Below, one piece after another: positions 26,495-37,595 of a stretch of 64,000 nt of DNA (within the stretch, counting starts at the first letter, position 1; every line of letters starts with the position of its first letter). Source of the DNA: Pelomyxa schiedti (Eukaryota > Protista > Evosea); NCBI GenBank assembly GCA_020536535.1, contig JAHLWZ010000869.1, positions 1 through 64,000 of the forward strand, in the 5' to 3' direction. The notes beneath the pieces were generated by a model that was given only the letters and a program-made list of their open reading frames with translations, had not been told where the DNA came from and searched no databases. The position numbers and the translations under genes were made by a program.

Positions 26495-26824
26495 GTACGT
26501 GTCGTGTCGCTCGTGTGTCGTGTTTCCGGCCACCAACCAACGTGTCGCGTACGCACCACACTTCACACAACCAACAATTCTCGTTTAGTTTGCGAAATTG
26601 AAACGTGGAAAAAAAAAACTCAGATTTGCGAGATTTGAGGTCAGTGTCGTAACTCAGAGGACATACTGTGATATCAGCACGTTATTTGGTAAGGGTGTAA
26701 AATTGCTTAAAGTCCGGAACCCATTGTCCTTCAGAATACAACTATGGGTCATAAAATACAACAAGGACACACAACAAATTTTTTTCTGGTGTGATTTTTT
26801 TTCAGGCCCCTTGCCTATGGGTAT

Positions 26825-28024
26825 TCAACAGCAAGTCCTTTTCTTTGGTGGGGGAAAATCATCATCAGCCTCTGCTACAAGGTGGAGGGATGGTGCCTTG
26901 GAGAGGGTGGAATTTGTTAGGAAAGTGTATATTTGGTGGCACAGGTGCGAGAATGCAAGGTCCACATTGATTCCTTCTTTGGAACTGACTTCACTGTAAA
27001 GCGGTTTAGTGCAAAGTGGTTACTGTGTTGAGGAACACAACAAGAATGAAACTCCGAGTGAATCAGCTAATTTCTGACCTTCCTCTGTAGAGACTTCCCT
27101 GCGGCCCATCTCACACTGTGAAAGTTCAGTGATAAGAATAAGAAAGAAGGAATCCACCTTGTTTCCAATAAGAATCTTTACAGCGTTATCGCAGGCATAT
27201 CTATCGATTTCACCGAGCCAGTGCTTAATATTTATAAATGACGGTTTGTTCGTCACATCACTGGTTGTGGAGGAGATTCTCATTAGCAGCATTAAAAAAG
27301 GAATGACAGAGCACACTATACAATGGCAATGCCATGAGCACCACGGTAATCTGATAGAGTTTCTAGTTCAACAATAGGAGTTTTGTTGTTTTATGGAGAC
27401 TTTACATGAACTCACAATGGTGCGGAATCTAATGAATAGTCTTTAGAAGACAAGAATATGATAAAAACTACTGCATACCTTTCGGAACCAGCTGTGTCCC
27501 ACTGCGATAAAAGTTAACCTCATAATTATAGGAAGTGGAATTACTATTTGAAGTCGTATTGTGTGTGTTTCTAGTTGTACAGTTTTTAATTTCTAAGTGG
27601 AATTAACAAGGAAAAAACTATTAGAGTGAACGATAGGTTGGGGTCAGACATAGTCAACACCTATGTTGAAGATCAGCCCAAAAATTCTGCAAAGTAAATG
27701 ACACACCAATGGTGCATGCATAATTTGGATCGTATCTATTTTCCTGGAGCTATTGAACAAAAAATAAAAAATGAAATAATACGGACTGTAAAGCGAAGAA
27801 TAATGGAGCCTGAACAACCTAAGTAAAAACAGTTGACAAAGATGCTGGAAGTTACTTTTTCCCACGTTAGGGTCACCAATCATCAACAGTTTATAGCTCT
27901 CCCTAGTGGAATAAACAAAGCGCACCGAAAACACAAATTTCCAGCAACACAGTGATTATTAAGGAAAAAGTTGTTGGACTCGTGCACACAAAATAGGCTC
28001 ATTCACGGGTGGTGTGCCACTCAT
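26825..28024 (-). CDS. Rab family small GTPase (Rab1-like, divergent); start uncertain
   Basis: KLLMIGDPNVGKS, IGVDY, WDTAGSERFRTI, YRGAHGI, WLGEIDRYA, LIGNK, EVSSK, C-terminal KKRTCC*. Confidence 0.9.
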
Positions 28025-28311
28025 TTCGCTATCTCTTCAAACAACCAATTTGTGAAGTTTGAACTTTTTAAAAAGGAAGTACTGTTACTTCAAGTGCTCT
28101 GACACTCTTACTGGATACACTGCAACTCCCCCTTGCGCAGGACACACGCAAGGTGTCTTCTGCTTAGATCTCAGATGGCTATCCTAGTTGCAGTTCCAAA
28201 TCGGGAGAGTTTTCCTCTCGTTGTATAAACGCACTTCAATTCCGTGTTGCAACACAGCAGCTGGTCACTTCCACAGTCGCTCCACTTTAAACAAGCAAAG
28301 AAAACCTAAAC

Positions 28312-31300
28312 ATGCCACTCAAGGCACGCGGACGAGGAGGCAGAGGCCGAGGCCGAGGCGGCCGCGGCTCCGGCTTTCGTGGAGGTAAAGGCGCCAGGGG
28401 CGGCCGAGGAGGGTTCCCCAGCAGCAGCAGAGGGGTAGGCGATCCACAACGAGGGGGGCGCGGCCGAGGCAGCAGAAGGGGAGGCCGAGGCCGCGGCTGG
28501 GGAAGCACCACGGCGCCATACCTGAACGCAGATGCCTCCATGAGCTCCGACGATGATGAAGACGAGGAAGAGGAAGAGGAAGAGGAAGAGGACGATGAGG
28601 ACGAGGTTGTGGAGGTTAAGAAGCCCGCGGGGAAAGGTGCCAACAAGGGAAAGGGAAAAGGAAAGAAGGCGAGCGCCGACGGGGACGACGAGGACTCCGG
28701 GGAGACGGCGACGGGGAAGAGGGGGCCAAACTGGCCGAGGAAGGGCGAGAAGGCCCAGGGCGAGGACGAGGACGAGACGGGGCCCACGCCCAGGAAGAAG
28801 CCGCGCAAGGCGTCGGCCCCAGCTGCGGTTGCTAAGAAAGTGCCCCCGGCCGAGGAGACTCCAAAGGCAAAGGCCAAGGCCAAGTCCAAGACGGGGAAGA
28901 AGGCCCAACCACCACAAAAGCAACAGCCTGCCGAGAAGAAGGAAAAACCACAAGCTAACGAAAAGCAGAATAAGCAGAAGCAGCAGCAGCAGCAACAGTC
29001 ACCAAAGAGCAAAAAGGGAAAGCCTGCTGAACCTTCTGAGAAGAAAACACCAACTGAAAAGGAAGCCGGAGTGAATGCCAAGGAAGGAGAGAAGAAAGCA
29101 AGCCAAGGAGAACAACCCACAGAGCCTAAGAAGCAAAGCAAGTCAAGTAAAAGAGCTCAAAAAAAGAAGCTGAAAGCGCTCGCAGCCAGTGCTGCAAGTG
29201 AAAAGGATAGTACACCAAAAGAAGCGCTCCCATCCACTGCACAAGTGAAGGACAACGAAATCTCAGAAGCCACTACTCAACCACCAGCAATACCCCTTGA
29301 TCCAGTCTTGCCATTACCCGCAGACCACGTGCCAACTACTGCATCTCCTACCGAAAATATAGCACCAACCCCAGTTCCCACTACCGAAACTCCATTGTCC
29401 ACGTCTAACCCTCTATCTGAGTCCTCATCTAAAGCCACCTCTGAGCCAGCATCTACTACAGAGGCTACCCTTAAACCAGCGTCTGTGGCCCCACCGATTG
29501 GAGTCTCCTCAATTTGTACCGTCCCTTTGGAACACCATGATGCCTATACAGGGAAAATTCTAAAGATCGACCTTACTGCTGTATGCCTATGAAAATTTGT
29601 TTCTCTTGGAAACTGCTTACTAGGGAACTTGCATTGAAGAACCAACCTCTGCAGAGATGAAGCGCAAATGGGTTGGCGCAAGAGGCTTTGGCACCAAGTG
29701 AGTCGATATACCTTTTATTTTCTTTTTCCCCTATGATATCGTTACATTAAGTGTAGGATTATCAGTGATTTAGTTGATCCCAAAATCGATCCTCTATCCC
29801 CTGCAAATGTCTTAGTTTGCGCTACGGGGCCTCTAACAGCAATTGGAATTTCTACTGGTTGTTTCACTTGGAATTCGCGCCACCACACTAATTTCCAATA
29901 CACAGGAGCACGATGTACATTCGTGGCAAAAGGTGCCCTTACCAACACACTTTCCACTGCCAGTGTTGGCGGTAACTTCGGGATTTCACTCAAACGAAGT
30001 GGGTATGATGCCATTGTTTTCACTGGCAAGTCTCCCGCACCAATCAATCTTGTTTTACGGGTTGGCACTCCGCTTCGTTAGCCGAGACTAACCTTAGAAA
30101 GGCGGGAGAGAGGCCCATTCTTGCTGATGCTTCCTCTCTTTGGGGTTCTGTTACATCTGCGACGTTTGAGGCCTTACACACCCAGTACAAACCTCTTAGC
30201 GTTGCTTGTATTGGCCCAGCAGGAGAAAAACTCAGGTATTTCAGTTGGAAAATAGTAACTGTGACTTAGTTGCTATGTAGTAAAATTGCTTGTATAATGT
30301 CAGACAAAAAGCACGCAGCAGGGCGTGGAGGCCTTGGTGCTGTGATGGGATCAAAGAATGTGAAAGCAATCATTTGTTGTGGTGGTTCAGTAGTAAAACC
30401 ACATGACGAAACACTCCTGCGAGAGGCATCGTCTGCATCTCATTTATGGTCCTTTCTAATGGCTTGTAAGGTGCATAAAGAAAAATGCAAAAAAATGGTT
30501 GCAAACGGCGTTGTTGGGTTACTTACTAAGCATGGCACAAATGTCCTTATGAAAGGATGTAATGATGCAGGAATACTACCATCCCTGAACTTCAAGAGTG
30601 GTCATACTGATGCAACCACATGCGAACCAGTGTGTAATCAGGTTTTTTCCCTTCATTCTCACCTATGTGGCATATAGGCAACAGGAGAATATGTTACTGA
30701 GCATTATCTAAAAAAGAATGAAGGGTGCAATAACTGTCTTATTAGATGTGGCCGAGTTGTAGAAATAGAGGGGAAAACACTCTACGGTCCGGAGTATGGT
30801 AAAGCAATGTCTTTCCTTTCACCTTTGCTCACCTCCCTTAGAATCTGCCTGGGCCTTTGGTCCCAACTGTGAGTTTTTTTTTTTATATGCTCATGAAATA
30901 TTCTAAACATGAAAGGTGGAATATTCGATTTTGCTGCTATAACAAAAGCCAACGCTATATGCAATGAATATGGCATTGATACAATCAGCGCCGGTGGCAC
31001 AATTTCCTGTGCAATGGAGATGCACGAGAAGGGCTACCTCTCGGAACCAATTAAATTTGGCGTAAGTTTGTTTTGACCATTTGAAAAGTTCTAACCACGA
31101 AAATCAGAGTGCTGAAGCACTTGTCTCTTATATAGAGAAGATGGGCAAATTGGAACCAGGAATTGGAGAAGAACTTTCTGAAGGATCACTTCGGTTCTCC
31201 ACAAAATATGGACACTCAGAATTTTCAATGACTGGTGAATTTTTTTGGTTATTTGCCACATCTTAACTCTTCCACCAGTGAAGGGGCAAGAGCTTCCTGC

Positions 31301-32013
31301 CTATGATCCACGAGGTCTTCAGGGAATGGGTATAGTGTTCCAACAGTAGTTTTGGTTACTTAAAGTGAATAGGATTGAACTACTCGACCTCAGTACGTGG
31401 GGGATGCCATGTATACGGCTATACCACAGCCGTCGGTAAGAGCCAAAAGTATTTTGTGAAAATAACATGTTAAAGAGCATGTTGGCAACCCCATAAAACT
31501 GGACCCAAAGGCTACAGATAGCAACAAGGTTGCAACTGTCATTGCATTCCAGAATACTGCAGCATTCATAGATGCTGTAGGAATGTGCTTGTTCTCGTCG
31601 TTCGCGTTGACTGCCGATGATTACACAGACTTGTTTTGTGCCGCAACTGGTTTGACTGGGATAGACAAGAGCACTTTTGGTGTAGAAGTTGGGGAAAGGT
31701 ACAAACCAACACCTTTTGCGAATGGCGATTTACTTCTTCCAGAATATGGAATGCACAGAAACTGTTCAATGAAGCCGCAGGCTTCTCCTCCAAGGATGAC
31801 ACCCTCCCGACCCGTTTACTTAACCAGCCACTCGATTTCGGTGACCTTCAGGTTGCTTTCTCTCGGTCCAGTCCTGCCAGAAAGTCCTAACACCAACCAA
31901 AGGGCCAAACTTGGAAACGCGAAGAACTGCTGGGTCAGTACTACGCCCAGAGAGGCTGGGATGCCAACGGGAAGCCCACTCCTGAAAAACTCACTGCACT
32001 GGGCTTGCTCTAA
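28312..32013 (+). CDS. aor: Aldehyde:ferredoxin oxidoreductase (AOR/AFOR family) with ~410-aa RGG/acidic/Lys-rich N-terminal extension; ~15 introns
   Basis: Spliced translation gives [18 protein letters not shown]...[119 protein letters not shown]. Confidence 0.95.
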
Positions 32014-32451
32014 GCGAGTCCTACCACTACGGGGCCTTCCCTGTTCAGACAAATTTCCTTTAGTCTAAAACCTTTTTTTGGCTGGGGGTGAAGTTTTCCC
32101 GGCGTCCAAAATAATTAAGAAAAAGCATGCAATTCCGCGTACCACCAATTTCATCGCCCTTTTATGACAGTTGCACCTCTTTGCATATTTTCTCGTTGTG
32201 AAATAGGATTGACCTTTATCAGTACCATTTTTGATTGTGATATCCCACACGACTAACAACCTTCTCCCAGAACACCGAAGGAAAACCGTTTTTTTTTTGT
32301 TTTGCTGCTGGGCTTCGTTGGTGTCCCGGTGGGGATTTCGCTGTGTGTTGCATCTTTTTAAAATTTTTTTTGGTGGGCTAATTCGTTCGTTCTTTAAAAC
32401 TGTTGTTGTTTGTGTAGGAGTAGTGTTTAGAGGAAGGAACATTAAGTCAAA

Positions 32452-34284
32452 ATGCTGGAATGTAGTGTTGTTGTTGTTGGCAGGAACGAGTGTGGACGGG
32501 CCATTGAGACTAGAATATTGCAGTCGTTCTCTACAGTGGTAATATCCTTTTGCTAATGTACTGTTACTTTTTGCCCAGAAAATAGTTGTAACATACCTTA
32601 TAATAAAAAGGCACCTCTTAGGGAGTTGCTTGATACAGCAGTGGCTGCAGTGGGGGAGAATAGTCAATATTTGAGGGTTTGGGCAGTTCTGAAAGGAAGA
32701 ATAATCCGAGATCAATCTGCTCCATTAAGTTCTCTTCTTAATCTATTAGGTACCTACTACACAGATAAATGCGTTTACTGTATCCCTTCGTTATACTTAT
32801 AAACAAACCATCACGCAGGCTCCCCTCCCGTTCTCCACGTTTGCTTTTCCCCTCGAAAAATTACTGCCCCACTCAAGCAAATAACAATGGGAACACTATT
32901 TTGCACTCCGCACCCTGTTTCAGAGAGTTCTGAAGTAAAAAATACCTCCACTCCTCAACCTCTTTTAACAATAGAAAGATTTGTTCAAATGCGGTGACAG
33001 CACTATCGCAATCCACAGAACAGCCTTGGGTTCCATGTGACTGGATAAAAGTGAGAATATTTTTCGTTTGGTGTGTTATTAAGGTCCACCCTGACAGGGA
33101 CTGCAAAAGCTAGAGTCCATTCTGCAGGTGACTACACCGACAGAAAGTAGTGAAACGATGAAGCTTGGTAAAGCCTTCTCTCATGCCCTCTAAGTGCCAA
33201 CTACTTCTAGCAAATATTATCTCCCATGCCTGTTTATCGCTCTCAGACTTGCAACTCCAGTTACGAGGTTTACTGATCTCTGAATCTGAACTTGACAATC
33301 ATTGGTAGGAACACAATACAACTTGAAATTTGCTTAAAATCTTAGTGTAACCAACGTGGGACCTAAGGCTATAGAGGAATGCCAAAAAATGGCATCAACC
33401 CTAACAGTAATGGCTGCAACTTTGTCAAGCTTCAGTGGTTTAAACCAACACTCTGACACACATCTCTTTACCTCCAGCATTGGTCTCCTCTCCGTTCAAT
33501 CAACCCGTGAACCAATGCTCAAAAAACCCACTCGGCTTCAACTTGCATTCATGCTGGGTACAGTTGAGAGACCTCTTCCTGCACATAACCACGGACTTGT
33601 ATGCCTTTCCTGATATGACTGGGATACCGTTTTCCCTTCACCTTTTGTTCCTTACATCGAAATAGGACCAACTGAACAACCACGATCATACCTGTTTTAT
33701 TTATGACGCCCACCATGTGGCACTGTGCCTCATCCTCCAGATGATTCTCACGGCATTTCAAGCCGGTGGAGCTTTTCTAGGGATTATTAACAAACAATGC
33801 ATTCAAGATACTCGCAAAGCACTTAGTAATCTGGGAATGGCTCCGGACCAACTACTAGAATCCAAGCGAATTGCATTCGTTGACAACGATGCCTACCTAG
33901 AAGTACCTAAGCCACTTTTGCGATTAATATAGAATGACAGAGTTATGACTATTATTACGCTCAAACTAATACCAACCAAAGGAAAAACCTTCTGCACAAA
34001 CACGGGAACTCGGTGTGAGAGATTTGCTTCAGAACACTTTGACATCATCTGGACTGGACAACTTATATGTTGTTGGTGATGTCAGATATCCTGGTGATCA
34101 GCCACAGCCCGCACAGGACTTTTTTAGCAACCAAATTCTGGAATATGAGAAGATAATAACACCAGGGACGTATACACTGCTTTCCGCAAGAGGGATATGT
34201 TTATATGAGAGGACTGCATTCCCTCCCCCATTCCTTGATAGCCTTGTTGCCACTCATAGATTTGAGCTCACTGCACACTCATAG
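32452..34284 (+). CDS. Multi-exon protein with C-terminal MEDS (DcmR-like sensory) domain; N-terminus unassigned
   Basis: DHTCFIYD (33680-33705), LYVVGDV, ILEYEKII, GICLYERTAFPPPFLDSLVATH match the MEDS pattern H.C..Y ... YE ... C.YD...F....L.....H. Confidence 0.7.
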
Positions 34285-34456
34285 GAGAAAAAGGGATAAT
34301 ATGCAATTTTGTTGTTTGTTCCCTTTTTTTTCATTTGGGAGTTTTCTTCATGGGGTTTGTTGTGGTGGTGCTTGTTTCTTTCGTCTTTGAGGGCGCCCGT
34401 TGGGCTTGCGAGAACTTTTGGCGGCACTCGGTAGTTGGCGTAACACCTAAAGAAGC

Positions 34457-35771
34457 TCAGTTCATATTATGCAAGGAAAATTTCTCAACATGTTCTGCCC
34501 TCTTGGGCTCCTGGAATATACAAACGACTGCAACAATGCACCCTGGGATCGTGATTATGTACTTGCGCCAGCCGTCCTGTGAAGTGGTAAGAGCACGACT
34601 AGAAAATGGAAGCTGATACCCGCTTTTGGTATCCTTTTTCCGTGGCACCCTTGGTACTGTCCTTCTTGTTCTTCTTTCCACAGTTTGGCCAGAGGTCGTT
34701 ATTTGGTCCAATGCAGAAGAAGGGTCGATTCTTAAGGAGATCCAACTCTGAAGTGACAGTGAGGAGTAACAAAGGGGAGGATATGTTACGATTAATCCAG
34801 TAATGTGTGGGGTCGTCCTTATAAATCCATTTGTCAGAGATAATGACTGGTCACAAAAGAAAAGAAATGAAATGAAATGCAAACTGGGTGAAAAATTAAA
34901 AAGCGCAGACGGGACTTACATTTATCAATTGTGTCTACAAGTACTGTGGGCAATTTGTACACTTCATCCCGAGTCAAATGAAGTGGGCCACAGTCATTAA
35001 ACTTCTCACACTGGAAGTCGCGACGGCTATATGTTGCTAGTGGAATGCGGTTTTCACACTGGAAGGCACAAAGTGCAGGAGACTTCTGAGAGCAAGCGAG
35101 AGCCTGCACTATACTTCGTTGTATGGGTTGGTCTAACAACAGTAGCTTCTGCCAAAGGAAGGCCTGAGTTTGACAAAGCTGTGTGATCTGGTCGCCGCCC
35201 TCCAGTCCCGGAGCAAGGGGCACTGCATTTGGCTGAGGCACAAAAGAACCGACTCGGTCATTAACTTGCTCCGCCTGCCAAAGCTGTGGGATCGGTAGCG
35301 GCGGTGGTCGTGGAAAGGGTGATCCATATGCCACTCCCGTAGATACTGCATTTTGTTATAAATGGCAATAAAAGCTATCAAGTCAAAATTACCAGGCAGT
35401 TGCAGCAGCGGCTGCTGTTGCTGTTGCTGGGGGACGCAGTTACGTTGTGCCTGGTCACCACCGACGCCAGGTGTTTGTTGACTCGGCTGCATGCCATCAG
35501 TGTACTGTTGTGGCCGTTGCTGTATGTGAGCACCAACGGAAGCACCAGTATGCTGAGGTGAGGATGCAGCAGAGTTAACAGACAGCTGGGGTCGGTGGGG
35601 ATCAGCCACCGCGGAACTGCTGTTGCTGTGTTGGCTGTAGGGGTTGGTGGGGCCATTTCCCATAATCCAGGAGGCAGTGGCTCCAGTAGGCGACAGCATG
35701 GGCTCAAGGTGGGTGTTGCTTTTCTCAAGTTCGTCGTCGTCTTCCCCACCTGCCGCTGATTGTTGGTTCAT
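34457..35771 (-). CDS. Hypothetical protein, Q/P-rich N-terminus plus uncharacterised C-terminal domain (paralogue A)
   Basis: Spliced domain FQCEKFNDCGPL...KDDPTHYW..LDLL...FFC...W...KK...KGYQKR/DGWRKYIITI aligns with the neighbouring gene. Confidence 0.65.
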
Positions 35772-35881
35772 GTTTGGGGAATTTTTTTTTTGTTCAATTG
35801 AACAAGTAATTGAATAAAAATACCGTTTGGGGTTTTCTTTTGCAATTGCCATTGCCGCACCCAAGTTGGGAAGCGAAGGGG

Positions 35882-37486
35882 TCAGGCCTTGTGAGTGTGG
35901 TGATGGTGTTTGTGGTTGTGATTGTGATTGTGCTTGCGTCTATGGTGGTGGTTCTTACTTTCTTCCATAACGCGGAGGAATATGGACCGAAGGTCCTCAA
36001 CCTTGACATAGCCAAGATTTTTCAGCTGTGGAGTTTTCTATGTGCAACCGATTAGAGAGATGTAAGAATAGGGAATCGGAACCTTGAATAGCATAACGGC
36101 AGATACACATGTACCCAAGGTATTGGTTCCCAACGTAATTATGTTCTTGTGGTATTCATCCTGTGAGAGTGTTGGAAATGTTGAAGGTTGAGGTGTTATA
36201 CCTCATTTTTTTTGTACCACTTTCTTAACACTCCTGTTTGCCCTTTTTTTTGGGATGCATCTCCCCCCCAACTAGAATTATCCACCTTACAAAAATAGGC
36301 CAAGCAGACTAGCTCTTGCAACACTTGGAATGGCGTGAAACAAAAGGCGATTTATGGGAAGTTACTAGTAGGCCAGGAAACAGAAGGGTCCTTTAAAAAG
36401 ATTGCACATCTATGGAATTGTTTGACTGTCCCAAAAAAAGAGAATGTTAGTTGAGTGTCAAGTGGAGAAGAGGCCTACATTGTTCAAGGGAGTTGATACT
36501 TATACGTGGGAGGGTGATCTCCAGTTCAGAGAGAGGCTTGAAAAGTGGCCAGCAACTCTTGAATTGCCCACACTGGAAGGTCTTCCATTCTGGGGATGAT
36601 GGGAATTCAGGCATCAAACGCCAAGGCAAAAGTAAAGCAGGAAGTGCAGGTAGCAATTGAGGAGGATCACCCACGAAAGGCTGGACACCTTGGTATTGGT
36701 TCTGCAAGGCCAGTGGGGGAACACCTGTTGGAGTGTTGATCATCATCTGAGTTGGGCTAACTGGGTATTGTGGGACCTAAGGAAATTAGTAAATTATTGC
36801 ACTTAATTAAGTCCAAATCCCCAAAGGTAACATACATTTGGAATAAGTGGCACTCCTGCTGCATTAATTACTAATCCTGGAGGAAAAGATTGGCAAGGTT
36901 CAGCACCACCCATATAAGACAGAGGCGCCATTTGTACAGGAGAAACATATGAATGAGGGACCTCGCCAGTTCTAGGTGCGGTTTGGACCCATTCCACTTG
37001 TGGGACAGAGGGGTCAAAGGTTGGCAGGTAGGTCGGCTGCGCATGTTCGGGCGCAACGGAGCAGGTTTCGGCGCCGATTTGCTGCTGGGGAGGATAGGAG
37101 TCCCCAGTGGGCGGAGTGCCCGGGCTCGCGGTGCCGCTGCTGCACTCGGTGGAGGTGGCGGGAGAAGGGGGCATGGGCGGGAGGACGATGGTGCCGCTGG
37201 GGGTGAGGGGCAAGGGCGACCCGGCGTGGGCCGGGGCGGGCGTCGAGACGGCGGGGCAGAAGCCCCAGGGGAGGGGGCAATCCGCCAGAGTTGCCTGGAG
37301 GGTGTAGTCCCACTCCCCAGCGGTGCCTGGGTAGCCCAGGCCTCCGTCACCTGGACCCAGCAGGGCCGAGGAGAACGGACTATAGGATCGGGTTAGGTTA
37401 GGGGTTCGGTCCACGGCGCTCGAGTTTGTCGTCGCCGTTGTCGGTGGCCACGCAGTTGCGTGGCCTGTTGGGCTTGGTTCCTGCAT
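35882..37486 (-). CDS. Hypothetical protein, P/S/T-rich N-terminus plus the same uncharacterised domain and a His-rich tail (paralogue B)
   Basis: Spliced domain FQCGQFKSCWPL...KDPSVSW..LQEL...YFC...W...KK...RKWYKKNE/DEYHKNIITL; tail HHHRRKHNHNHNHKHHHHTHKA*. Confidence 0.65.
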
Positions 37487-37595
37487 TTTTTTTCTGGTCG
37501 GGGAATCGGGCCAAGTTGGCAGCCCGCCAGGGAAGGACTAAACGGCGCAGAAACATCAGATCGTAGACGACGTTCTAATTTTCTAAACGGCGCGA

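Noticed and set aside
28287-29141. Long antisense ORFs over the AOR leader; similar ones over the MORN, NACA, RRM and RCC1 regions
   Set aside because: Expected shadows of GC-rich or low-complexity coding sequence; no independent domain signal.
29530-34284. Bacterial or archaeal contamination or symbiont DNA as the source of AOR and MEDS
   Set aside because: Both are interrupted by many spliceosomal introns like those of the flanking eukaryotic genes.
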